DNA of 64,000 nt. Origin: Saccostrea echinata (taxonomy: Eukaryota). This document shows positions 11,218 through 24,300 of the stretch, in pieces. A model generated the notes under the pieces. The model was not told the origin of the DNA. It saw only the letters and a list, made by a program, of their open reading frames with translations, and ran no database searches. Position 1 is the first letter of the stretch. Each line of letters opens with the position of its first letter. Where the stretch lies: positions 5,332,001 to 5,396,000 of the forward strand of contig NW_026889761.1 in NCBI RefSeq assembly GCF_033153115.1, read 5' to 3'. A program made the translations under genes and the position numbers.

Positions 11218-13122
11218 ATGGAAGCTTTCAAGATGTGGACGATTTTTCTTGCCTGCATATTTTCAGCTTCGGGGAAGAGTCTCCCGGCCTCCCTGAGCAG
11301 AGAAGATCGCTTATTAAGGAGGATAGAGTGTTTATTGGGGAAACGAGAACTCTGCGACCAAGAACAGACCATTCTCCATCGCAGCAATGCTGAAGAAAAC
11401 ACGATCTACATTAACGGTAATATATACACTGTTGACGGTGAGGCATGGAGTCAGACCCCCAAGGCAGCTCTTGTTGTACAGAATAAGAAAATACAAATGG
11501 TAGGAACCAAAGAGGAAGCGCTGAAACACTTACACTGCAAAAGTACCGTAATTGATCTAAATGGAGCAACAGTACTGCCCGGGATACACGACGTTCATAT
11601 ACATCCTCTAGAGGCCGCTTCAAGAGTAGGAAATACATGTAAACTAAAACCAGATACAGATCCGGAACAAATGAAGGACATTTTGAAAACCTGTGCACCA
11701 AGGCAAATTGGGACGGAATGGATTCTTGGTGGCGGGCATTCTATCACAAGCATCCTGGAACATATAGAAAACGGTGGGAGACCCCCGAGAGAAATTATTG
11801 ACGAAGTTCTGCCTGACGTTCCCGTTATTATGATGGAAGAGACTTCGCATTCCGTGTGGGTTAACTCCGAGGCACTCCGTAGGGCCAAAATAACCAGTGA
11901 AACCAAAGAAAGACCTGGTGGTGTTATCATGAGAGAAAAGGGGACCAACGATCCGAACGGAATTCTACTGGAGGACGAGGGTACGTCGATCATGGAGTTA
12001 GCCATGAAGCCCACACCGGTATTGGAAGAGTTGAATTACGAAGGTTTGATAAACGGATTGTCGAATCTGAATGAGAACGGAATCACTTCCGTTAGTGACG
12101 CCCGAGTTTACTGGGGTCGGAATCACGACAAGGCGTGGGAGAGAACGTGCAGCGAAGGGAAATTGACGGTACGCGCAAATCTGGCATTGTGGGCATACCC
12201 ACAAAAGGAAGACAACCTACAGATTCAAACCCTCAAAGACATGTACTCAAACTACAATGAGAACTGTTTTCTGCGGAAAAACCAGATCAAAGTTTACATG
12301 GACGGCCTCCTGGACAGTACAACGGCGGCTATGGAGGAACCGTACGTGAAAAACCTGCACTTACCCGGAGTCCCAGACAACAGAGGCATTAATATCTTTG
12401 ATCAGAAACGACTGACAAAATACGCAAAAGAACTCCAGAAATTTGGTGACAACAAAGGTTTTGATTTTCTTATCCACGCCATTGGTGACCGTGGGGTTCA
12501 TCAAGCCATAAATGCATTTGATGACGCATATATTTCAGGAACGCGTCATCGAATTACACATTTGGAACAAGTAAAATCTAATGATATCAAACGTTTCAAG
12601 AATTTGGATATAATAGCGGATTTCCAAGTCGCTGGGGACTTCACTAAACTTTCTACAAGAGACCATATTAGATCACTTATTGGCAATGTTCGGGCAATTG
12701 ATTTTATCCCCCTGCGGAGTGTTTACAACACCAGCGCCACTGTGACCTTGAGTAGCGATTGGGACGTAAGCACCATCAATCCGTTTATAGGGATTCAGAA
12801 CGCCATCTCTAGAGGTCATCAGTCAGTAAGCGTTAAGGACGCCGTTGAAATGTACACAATTAACGCTGCCTTCGCCATGAGGCAAGAAAAAATTGTCGGT
12901 TCACTGGCAACAGGAAAGGACGCCGACTTCATCGTCATAGACACCAACATCATGGACCCTGTAAACGCTGACGTCATCAGCCAAACAAAAGTTTTGAGAA
13001 CTTTTTTGGCGGGAAAAGAGGTATGGGCATCCGACCAAAGCCCGATTGATGATGTGACCTGTAGGCTTCTTGAAGAGTACAGTTATGGACAATGTGATAC
13101 ATACTGTGACAGCCTGTATTGA
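11218..13122 (+). CDS. Intronless YtcJ/NfdA-like metal-dependent amidohydrolase (Amidohydro_3 family), probably secreted
   Basis: Single ORF of >630 codons (ATG at 11218 or 11233). Motifs NGNIYT, IDLNGATVLPGIHDVHIH (HxH), NGITSV, IKVYMDG, HAIGDRG, HRITHLE, SSDW and YTINAA...GSLATGKDADF. Hydrophobic N-terminus MWTIFLACIFSASG. AATAAA at 13222. Confidence 0.9.
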   Translation: MEAFKMWTIFLACIFSASGKSLPASLSREDRLLRRIECLLGKRELCDQEQTILHRSNAEENTIYINGNIYTVDGEAWSQTPKAALVVQNKKIQMVGTKEEALKHLHCKSTVIDLNGATVLPGIHDVHIHPLEAASRVGNTCKLKPDTDPEQMKDILKTCAPRQIGTEWILGGGHSITSILEHIENGGRPPREIIDEVLPDVPVIMMEETSHSVWVNSEALRRAKITSETKERPGGVIMREKGTNDPNGILLEDEGTSIMELAMKPTPVLEELNYEGLINGLSNLNENGITSVSDARVYWGRNHDKAWERTCSEGKLTVRANLALWAYPQKEDNLQIQTLKDMYSNYNENCFLRKNQIKVYMDGLLDSTTAAMEEPYVKNLHLPGVPDNRGINIFDQKRLTKYAKELQKFGDNKGFDFLIHAIGDRGVHQAINAFDDAYISGTRHRITHLEQVKSNDIKRFKNLDIIADFQVAGDFTKLSTRDHIRSLIGNVRAIDFIPLRSVYNTSATVTLSSDWDVSTINPFIGIQNAISRGHQSVSVKDAVEMYTINAAFAMRQEKIVGSLATGKDADFIVIDTNIMDPVNADVISQTKVLRTFLAGKEVWASDQSPIDDVTCRLLEEYSYGQCDTYCDSLY

Positions 13123-14670
13123 CAGATTTGCAACCTTCCCATTGAATTTAAAATTCTTTGCTTTTTTTCCCTGCTTTTTTTTTTCTTGCTTTGTTAAATT
13201 GAAAACGGAATTTCAGTTTCAAATAAAATTGTGATGAGCATATACATGTATATTGCAAACAAAATTGTTATGAGCATATATATATTAATATTTTTATGGT
13301 CCTGCGGTTACTACTCTGGAAGGTTATTGGGTTTTACGACCCATTGACTGCGCGGCTTCAATCGTCATCTTAATAACGCTTTGCATTTTAGGGATTCTGC
13401 GAATAACCTCCATGACATACATACGATTCTTACAATTTCCATGCATGAAAGATAAAAAATAATAATAATAGTGACTTTGGGTATTGACCCTGCAATGATT
13501 GAGACGAATTACGCTACATTCTGGCAATTCGAAACATAAAATTCGCTACGGCCGCACACACACACACACAATCTATACATGTAATTAAAAGTAAGAAGCA
13601 CAATGATTTTTTTTTTCTCCCCTAGATCATATCGAGAGGCAATTTTTAAACTACAGTCAAAAACCTGTTTTAAGAATTAAGCCACCTTAGGGAAATTTTG
13701 AAAATATCCATCTAAAATATTTAATGGCCTTTAATTCCAGTGTGCCCTCTAAATATATATAGCCAGTCAATTCTTGAAATATGGATAAAATTTATCATGA
13801 GTTAAATTAAATAAAAGAATAAAATAAGGCGAGTTTTATAAACAGCTTTTTTTTTTTTTAGCTTTCAACCCCCCCCCCCCCCCCCCCACTATAAAATAAA
13901 ACTAAGACAAATATTTCAGTCAAATTCATCCAACAAATTGATCCAACTCAAAGCCCTGTTTTTATCTCAAATTAAATCGGCAGTATACTTACTTATTGAA
14001 GTTAATAAAATTATAATATATTTATTTATATAAAGCTGTCATAAATAAACAGACCTAAAATTAAGCCAACCCAAGAATTAAGTGTAGTTTGATATCAATT
14101 TCACACGTGTCAATACTCATGTGCAGTGAAGCTTAACTAATCCTCTCAATCATTGACTGCATGGATGTGCACAACCAGTTAATAGGGTTTTTACATAAAA
14201 TCCAAATTTACTTAGAGTAAAAATATCGATAGCAAATGCTTATGTGCATCTAATACCCAAAAATTGTATCAATTATTCATTTTCCCCCATCAAATAGGTA
14301 ATAATTTGCTGTATTTCTACAGTTCAACTTCAATATCTTAAAAACCATAGATTTGTGGAAGTCATTTTGGAAGTCCCAACCTTTTTTTTTATGTAGTTAA
14401 CCCTCAATATCTTGAATCCTTGTATATCTTGAAGCTTTTTCTTGGTCTCATCCAGTTTGAAATAATAAGGTATGACTGTTCTTTTCATAATGAAAAAAAA
14501 TTTCCCCATTTTCTCTGGTCATCCTTAAGTATTCAATGTGCATGAATAAAAAAGACTCTCGACAGGTTTTGTCACAAGAATTCCTCCATAAAAAAACCAA
14601 AAGAAGAAAAACATTTGATTTATTGTAACAAAACAGTAGTAAGAGACAACAGTAAAAAGAGCCTCTGATG

Positions 14671-15335
14671 AGACAGTTCTCACACACTGACAGACAGACA
14701 CTTGTCAATCTGGATCACTATATAGCAGTCCTACTGTAGACAGTTCTCACACCATTACACAGACATACAGACACTTATCAATCTGGATCACTATATAGCA
14801 GTCCTACTGTAGACAGTTCTCACAACATCACACTGACACACAGGCATTTGTCAATCTGGATCACTATATAGCAGTCCTACTGTAGACAGTTCTCACAACA
14901 TCACACTGACAGACAGACACTTGTCAATCTGGATCACTATATAACAGTCCTACTGTAGACAGTTCTCACAACATCACACTGACACACAGGCATTTGTCAA
15001 TCTGGATCACTATATAGCAGTCCTACAGGAGACAGTTCTCACACCATTACACTGACAGACAGACACTTGTCAATCTGAATCACTATATAGCAGTCCTACT
15101 GTAGACAGTTTTCACACCATCACACTAACACACAGACACTTGTCAATCTGGATCACTATATAGCAGTCCTACAGTAGACAGTTCTCACACCAGTACACAG
15201 ACACACAGACACTTGTCAATCTGGATCACTATTCAGCAGTCCTACAGTAGACAGTTCTCACACCATTACACTAACACACAGACACTTGTCAATCTGGATC
15301 ACTATATAGCAGTCCTCAAGTCTATCTGGATCACA
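14671..15335. repeat. 73-bp minisatellite (~9 copies) in the probable ATXN7L3 3' UTR
   Basis: Unit AGACAGTTCTCACACCATTACACTGACAGACAGACACTTGTCAATCTGGATCACTATATAGCAGTCCTACTGT, lying between the stop codon (15349) and a minus-strand AATAAA (~14620). Confidence 0.9.
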
Positions 15336-15348
15336 ACCATTCCGGACA

Positions 15349-18300
15349 TCAGTCAAAATCAAATGGACTCAGTCTAGCATCACTGCCATATTTACTCTTT
15401 TTCTTCTTGGACTTGCCACTCTTAGTTACCAATCGTTTCTTGGAACTAGTACCTAACAATCATGAAATTACAGTAATTAATTAATAAAAGATCAGGATTG
15501 CTTCCATACTGCTAGAATTCCAGTATGATGGGTGTACACATACCCAAATTACTTGAAACTGCACTCTTTCAAATGAATGGAGTTGTTTCAGTGTAAAAAG
15601 GGGAAGGAAAAAGATAATAGCTGGATTATGAAATCACATCTTGGATCCCTGAATTACTAATCAGGTTCTCTAACCACTGAGCCAACCAAGCTGATATCCA
15701 CGGTCCATACAGTCCAAAATTACGAGCTCCTCCCTCCCTAACGAGGTTCGTTCCTGAGCTTTTGAGCAGATTTTTGTCTAGACCTCTATTTAAAAAATTC
15801 TGCATAACGTCTTAGTTCTTACAATAAATGTTTATCCTGCAATGCTTATTAAACTATATTCAATTAAAACCCCATGATTAAATTCCATACCTAAAGCATT
15901 AAGTGAGGAAATCTATTTTGTGGCGGAAGGTTTTATAGAAGAAAATGATCAATTTTTCTCTTTCGAAATATTTACAGTTGTATTGTTAAGTTTGAATTCC
16001 TATTTTTACATGCAGCCTGCATACAGAGTTTATTTTGTGCAGTGAAATGTTTTTTGCTGGTCCTAATTAACATATTAAATTAACCGTCAAGAAGTCTATC
16101 ATCAAATTGGACAAATATAGCAAATATATTGTGAAAATATGGGGAAAAATAGCCCATTTTAGGCTAAAAATTAACACTGTTTTAGTTATATCTAAAAATT
16201 AACATCACAGACCCCCACTTATAATTTAATTTTCTGAATATACAAGATAATCTTAACCATTCTGCTTAAATTCAGAAAAATGTCATTACAATGTACTTTC
16301 AAATGAATTTATAGCTTGTTAAATTTTTAATGCCAGAAAAATGACATTTCTTGAGTGCAAAAAGGTCAAATAATTGACTATGCAAAGTAATTTGAAAAAA
16401 TTTTTTTTGTCACAGATTTTAAAGAGACTATTCAAGATGAAAAAAAAACTGTGTTTGTTCCCATAATTTATTTGGATAAAAAATATTAGAGGAAAAACTT
16501 CGAAAAATTGATTTCTGTGTTAGACGTAATAACAGTGCAGAAAGGTCACATTAAATTCTCCGTAGCGCCAAAAGAAGAGCACTGACCCCCATTTTTGGTT
16601 TTGATTTTTAAATAAGCAATGTGTATAGATTCCAAAAATATACTTGATAAAAAAAATCTCAATACTTTTGATAACAGGATCCAACCTCCTTAAATTTTCT
16701 TTGCTCTGAAGACACACAATCCAGATTCTTTAGCCCCTGACAGGACATTCATCTTAAAGTCCAGGGGTGGTCAACAGCACCAAATACAACTAGAACTGTC
16801 CAAAAGGGACAAATACCCCCCGCTGGGTTTTTCAGAGAAAGTACCAAATCACTAATGTTTTCTAGATGTGAGAGGTGTTCACAATTTCCTTAAACATTTA
16901 CAGTGAAAATTTAATTACTCATTATATATTTTTATACGTCCGTCTTACGACGGGACGTATTATGTTATAGCGTTCATGTTTGTCCATCCGTTAGCTTTTT
17001 CATGTCCGGCTCATAACTTTAATACTATTAGGCCTAGAATTATCAAACTTTGTCAGCGGATACATCTAGGGTAGAAGGTGTGTCGCACATTAAAACCAGG
17101 TCGCTCTGACCTTTAATAAAGACGCTATGGCCAGATATGGAAAAATCATAACTAGAAAACCATTAGACTTAGAATCAAAAAACTATGTCTTTTAACTTTT
17201 AAATTACACAGTCCCAAAAGATGTCAGAGTATTGCAGTATCTTTATTAAAAAAGTGTTAAATCAAGAAAATACTAGTCTTATTTTTTTTCATTATGTTCT
17301 TTACAGCAATCTGTAACAACAAAAATTCCACTTCTCCCATGGGTGTAATGATCAGGCACTGGTCAAGGAAAATTTTGATAGCAGAAAATTGCATGTCAAA
17401 TTAGAGAGAAATTAATGAGTTTTGTGTGAGGAGATAACTGGTAGAGCATCTCTGATCAAGCAGGTGTTATCTACATCTCTTGGGAATTGGGCAAAAGGAA
17501 TCAGTCTCTTAATTAATTGCTTGTGTTGTATTGAATTGTTCTTGTTGGCTAGTCTTACTTTCAAGATAAATTTGATGTAATTAAAACTAATTTGATACTG
17601 TATATAATAATTAAAAGTTATATGATATTGTATAATATAATTTAAACTAATTATTTATTGTACATTTTTTATTTGAATTTTTATATCTTTACAACAAATT
17701 GCAGACTGCCTTGTCTCGCTAAGATGTCATTCAAACAATTGAATTTAAACTGTTTATGATAATTTAACAATATTTGATGGGCGTATCATGCTGTGGTGGG
17801 ACACTTTATTTAATGAATGAAACTAAGGTGCAGCCTAATAAAACATCAACACTAATAATTACAGTGTTTTTTATTACATTGAAACAATAGTTTGCAACTA
17901 TCTGCCATCTTTGTGAGACATGACACTCTGCAAATTGATTGTTGAAAAAAAGAATATCATAATTAATTATAGAAAATCAAATTGATTTTAATACCTTTAT
18001 ATCAAACTCATTTTAAAAATAAAAGGCTGGTTTTAGTAACTATGTATTTGACAGACATAAATTACAAGTAAGAGACTTAGACAACAGAGATCTTTATTTC
18101 TTTCTGCCCAATTCCCCTGAGATATAGATAAGACCTGCTTGATCAGAGATGCCCTAACAGCTTCCCACACTGAACTCATTAATTAATCTTTAACTGGATG
18201 CATGTCCACTCATTACTCCCAAGGGACAAATGGATTTACACTATCTGCTGTGTAATGTAAAAACTGTTTTTAATACTTTGTGGGTTTTTTTTAGTTCTAA

Positions 18301-21300
18301 TGAGTAGTTTTAAGCTGTAGTTCACATTTTTGTACAGATGTTCTAGATTCTATGTCTCAAACCTTAGAGATGAACCCGAAATGACTAAGTCAATAAATTA
18401 AATTAAAAAAAACAACTGTAAAATGCAGAAAAATTATCAAATAATGTTGAAAATACCAGGTGCACATCTTCATATGGTAAATAATAAGTGTACAAATTTT
18501 CATACAAATCTATGCAATAGTCTCTGGGAACAGATCCAGACAAAACCACATAATAAAAATGAAAAAAACACCTGTAAAATGCAAAATAATTATCCAATCA
18601 TAATGAAAATACCAGGTGCACACCTTCATATGGTGAATAATAAGTGTACAAATTTTCAGACAAATCCTTCCAACAGTTTCCAAGAAATGGTCCGGACAAA
18701 CTCTCGTCTACAGACAGACGGACAGACAGACGGACATGCTGATTCCAATATACCCCCCCTAAACTTCGTTTGCGGGGGGTATAACAAGAATTCAAGAAAA
18801 TTTATGGTTGGAGTGAGAAAATCACACTCGTCCAGCCCAAAATTTCTCCTTTCTTGAAATCTTGTTGTATTGGTTCTGTGTGCCTAAGATTTAAAAGTGA
18901 AGTGCTTTATGGACTGTGGATATTGGCCTAGATTGCTCTGTCATTAGAGCACCTGACTTGGATTGTAAGTAAACATGGTTCTCCATTCCAGCTATAAACT
19001 TTCTCCTTTCCTGTTACACAAACTTCTTTTTTGTAGAAAATAAAAATCTTACTGTTATGATTGATAAATTTTCAACAAACAAAGCCACCATTTATAGTAA
19101 CAACAAACAAAGCCACTTTAAAGTAACAACAAACAAAGCCAATATTTTTAATAACAACAAACAAAGCCGCGATTTATAGTAACAACAAACAAAGCCACCA
19201 TTTATAGTAACAACAAACAAAGCCACTTTATAGTAACAACAAACAAAGCCACCATTTATAGTAACAACAAACAAAGCCACCATTTATAGTAACAACAAAC
19301 AAATCCACCATTTATAGTAACAACAAACAAATCCACCATTTATAGTAACAACAAACAAAGCCACCATTTATAGTAACAACAAACAAATCCACCATTTATA
19401 GTAACAACAAACAAAGCCACCATTTATAGTAACAACAAACAAATCCACCATTTATAGTAACAACAAAGCCACTTTATAGTAACAACAAACAAAGCCACCA
19501 TTTATAGTAACAACAAACAAAGCCACTTTATAGTAACAACAAACAAAGCCACCATTTATAGTAACAACAAACAAAGCCACCATTTATAGTAACAACAAAC
19601 AAAGCCACTTTATAGTAACAACAAACAAAGCCACCATTTATAGTAACAACAAACAAAGCCACCATTTATAGTAACAACAAACAAAGCCACTTTATAGTAA
19701 CAACAAACAAAGCCACCATTTATAGTAACAACAAACAAAGCCACCATTTATAGTAACAACAAACAAAGCCACCATTTATAGTAACAACAAACAAAGCCAC
19801 CATTTATAGTAACAACATATAAAAGCCACCATTTATAGTAACAACAAACAAAGCCACCATTTATAGTAACAACAAACAAAGCCACCATTTATAGTAACAT
19901 TTGCTGATTTACTTGTATTCAATGTCTCATCTGTGTTTATGAGGACTGAATGCATTTCTTGTATATTTGTAACACTTAACTGTCGATAGACTGTCCTGTT
20001 ACATGTATTTGTAATACTGACTGTTGATGGACTGTCCTGTTACATGTATTTGTAATACTGACTGTTGATGGACTGTCCTGTTACATGTATTTGTAATACT
20101 GACTGTTGATGGACTGTCCTGTTACATGTATTTGTAATACTGACTGTTGATGGACTGTCCTGTTACATGTATTTGTAATATTGACTGTTGATGGACTGTC
20201 TGTTACATGTATTTGTAATACTGACCATTGATGGACTGCCCTGTTACATGTATTTGTAATACTGACTGTCTTGTTACATGTATTTGTAATACTGACTGTT
20301 GATGGACTGTCCTGTTACATGTATTTGTAATACTGACCATTGATGGACTGCCCTGTTACATGTATTTGTAATACTGACCAATGATGGACTGTCTTGTTAC
20401 ATGTATTTGTAATACTGACCATTGATGGACTGTCTTGTTACATGTATTTGTAATACTGACTGTTGCTGGACTGTCTTGTTACATGTATTTGTAATACTGA
20501 CTGTTGATGGACTGTCCTGTTACATGTATTTGTAATACTGACCATTGATGGACTGTCCTGTTACATGTATTTGTAATACTGACCAATGATGGACTGTCCT
20601 GTTACATGTATTTGTAATACTGACCAATGATGGACTGTCTTGTTACATGTATTTGTAATACTGACCATTGATGGACTGTCTTGTTACATGTATTTGTAAT
20701 ACTGACTGTTGCTGGACTGTCTTGTTACATGTATTTGTAATACTGACTGTTGATGGACTGTCCTGTTACATGTATTTCTAACACTGACTTGAGGGACTTT
20801 CATGTTATAGGTTTTGTAATACTTACTGTTGTTAGTAGATGTAGAATCGGCTGGAGAAGAAGCATTAGATCCACCCTCCCACAAATTGTCCCTCAGAGAT
20901 TGACTGCTGTCTACATCATCCAGACTGTCTATGTCTATAGGAGTGTCCTCATCTACTGGCACTCTAGACATAGAAGACATTACCGTTATTATCTCAAAGA
21001 CATCTCCTAACTATAGGAGTGTATTCATCTACTGTCACCGTAGACATAGAATACATTATAATCTCACAGACTGTCTATGTCTATAGGAATGTCTTCATCT
21101 ACAGACACCCTAAACATAGAATACATTGTAATCTCACAGACTGTCTATGTCTATAGGAATGTCTTCATCTACAGACACCCTAAACATAGAATACATTGTA
21201 ATCTCACAGACTGTCTATGTCTATAGGAATGTCTTCATCTACAGACACCCTAAACATAGAATACATTGTAATCTCACAGACTGTCTATGTCTATAGGAAT

Positions 21301-24300
21301 GTCTTCATCTACAGACACCCTAGACATAGAATACATTGTAATCTCACAGACTGTCTATGTCTATAGGAATGTCTTCATCTACAGACACCCTAGACATAGA
21401 ATACATTGTAATCTCACAGACTGTCTATGTCTATAGGAATGTCTTCATCTACAGACACCCTAGACATAGAATACATTGTAATCTCACAGACTGTCTATGT
21501 CTATAGGAGTGTCCCCAAGTACAACAGCCTAGAAAGATGACATAAAAATTATCTATCTATCAGAATCTACTTTTTGCAGTATAACAGCGAACACAAATGA
21601 GTTTGCAAGGGATTCTTGAAAACTAGTCATTTTTAAGCGCTAAGCGCAGCGCAAAGCGCTAACTGGCATCTTAATACTACTTCCGTTCGCGATCCAGCGC
21701 CACTATGCAAGTTAGATAACTCCACTGACTCTTTCTAAAAATATGCAACTGGAAACCCCAGACTCTCTTTCGGCTATTTTGGTCAAGTACTTCGTTACGC
21801 GCAGTTCTAATTATAGGTGTCAATAAGAGAGATAAATTCAATGAAATCCGCTCCTAGTGGATGAGGGTGGTTCTTATCTCTTTACATTGTAGTTCATTTA
21901 AAAATTATGTAGGCACACACCACTTGTGTAACATATAGCTAACAGTTACTACAGTGTTAATTCGAAAAAGTTATGAAAAAAACATCTTTTGTGCAAATAT
22001 CTTAAAAAAGGGCTCATAATAGGTCATGTAATGCAGTGATTGAATACGTACATATTTTTAAAACTCAGGAAATTGATTTACAATGTACTTACGTTCTATA
22101 TAATTTATATCCATACTAACTCATATTTCTTCTAGACCCTTATTTCAGACAATGTAACTAAAAACATGTCTTTTTATTATCACCCTTGCACCATGTACAG
22201 CGCTATCAATTATGTTGAATTCCACATCTCAGTATCAATTAATAACAGACTGGAATGCAGTCATGGACTGTCTATACTTGAGTTGTAATCTACACGTGTA
22301 ACACAGATAAAAAATATTATGAAATATGTGGAGATAACGAGCCGTATTCGAGCTCAAACGTCCATTAAACATTACAAAATAGGAGCGGAGCAAACACGGA
22401 CCTCTAAAATTATGTAAATAATTCGCAAGAAAAGGCAGTTTGGGGCTGTACAAACATGTAGGGCACAAAGACTTATAAATGAAAACTAATTTCTCGGAAA
22501 TATTTATGAAAAAGTGTGCAGTGCACAAGATATGGCGTAAAATGCAAAACCTTAATTATTTTCAGTATTCCGTTTCACCGAACACACCAGTGCTGTGGAA
22601 ATTTTATTCCTATCAGGATGCCATTGAATGTACTTCTTATAAAACCCTTTCTATAGAATCGTAAATTTATAAATCTCTTATGAATATGCAAAAAAAAAAT
22701 GAAGTCTACTAAAAACAATTCAGACAAAATATTTAGTTGTTTTAAGATCTTTTATTCTTAACTTTAATAAAAATATTATCAATTAGGAATTATTTTATCG
22801 AAGCAGTAAAAAATTACATCTATTTTTGGGTGCACTTCTTACAGATAAAATCACAGTCAACAGCCAATCTTCAATCTGAAAAACTCATGAACACGGAATG
22901 AATTTATTATTAAAAATTTTTAGCTGTCAATGTTGCACATTAATGAGAGGAATATATCAGTGACATTTTCATATTTTCAAAATTGATCAAAATATACATT
23001 TTCCAGCAAATGTATAGCTATATGTATAGTCTGAATTTTCTTGGAAAAATCGTCGAATATAACTAAGTGTAAACCGAGGCACCCCAGGAATCCAAGAAGA
23101 CGAGTGTCGAACCTTTCAATTTTTTATATACAGAAATATTATATATAATTTTTTGAAAGTCCTAATTACATCGACTTTTATATTTTAAAAAAATGTATTC
23201 AGACCCACCTAGAAAAGCACATAATGCACAAAATATACAATCCTAAAATCCAAGCGCCTATGGTTGAATACACCGCAATATCCATCACTGTGGGATTTTT
23301 AAAAGCTTATTAAAGACTCTTTTAAGACACAGGAGAAAGAAGTGCTCTTGAAATATTTTGCCTAACATTGACCATGTTAACAAAATTTAAGAGAAACTAT
23401 ATGTAATTGTCTTATTATATTTTTATAGATACTTTACTGATACGAAGTATTGTGGTTAAGCCATTTTAATTTGAAGTTTAGCAAAACGATTGGCTCGAAT
23501 TTTCGATAAAATTTTCTCTCTTTTTTGTGTAATGTCTTTTCGAGAATTTTTCACTCATATTGAAACTTCACCACTTGACTGAATTTAAACCTATGGTCGG
23601 CACTTATGGCCTTTGAACAGTGAAAATCTTTTTTGTACTAACACCTACTGTGACACAGAACCTCGGTTTATACAGTCTCATCCAAAGGACCGGTGTTTAC
23701 ATGTACTTCCCTTTGTGGGATTCGAACTTGCGTCGTATGGATTCGCATAATTGTAATGATGTAAAAAAAAACATACTAGATGGGAGTGCTGCTCATAACT
23801 GTAAACTAGCTTTTTGAGGAACACCGGGGCGAAGAGTAAATTTGGATTGTGCACATTGCTCCAAATGAACGTTTTTCCATAATAACTTCTGGAAATGCCA
23901 TTTAACACAAATAGACTTTTTTTTTCCATAACTGCAGTATTGCTCTTTCGTGCGATAAACAAAGTAAACTTATAAAAATGAAAAAAAATTAACAGACTTG
24001 CTTTAATGAAATTGTATAATAAATTTCACTCTCTTTGTGAAATAACGATGTATAACGACGTCATGTAATGACACAGTCTCGAACCTTCAAATCTATCCTC
24101 ATGCGGTTTAAAGAGGCGGATACAAGTTTTATTTTAAAGTGAATATGTATCAACAGCTGTGCATGCCCCAGCGCTTGCACTGTCAACTTATTACTTATTC
24201 CAATACAACAGGCAATTTGAATTCAAAATAAATCTGAGTTTCAAATTGTAAACATTGTGTAGCGCTTCTCAGTACTTTCAGTACTTTGATTTAGTTTGTG

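Noticed and set aside
11172-13092. Several antisense ORFs overlapping the amidohydrolase (and likewise 43264-44606 over the DUF3504 gene)
   Set aside because: Shadow ORFs of real coding sequence with no recognisable motifs.
18403-19283. ORFs with repeated peptides ([17 protein letters not shown]; [12 protein letters not shown])
   Set aside because: Translations of transposon-internal or minisatellite repeats.
19072-19900. 28-bp array as another splice-junction array
   Set aside because: No adjacent exon or splice consensus in the unit, and the ATXN7L3 phases close without it. It is a counter-example to the junction pattern.
20684-20980. 98-aa stand-alone ORF
   Set aside because: It is ATXN7L3 exon 20827-20963 read through into flanking repeats.
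1973-21515. Regular arrays that could be read as CRISPR
   Set aside because: They are head-to-tail repeats with no unique spacers, there are no cas genes, and the context is eukaryotic introns.
21560-23300. Probable DNA-transposon-derived block in an ATXN7L3 intron
   Set aside because: I could not define termini, TSD or coding remnants.
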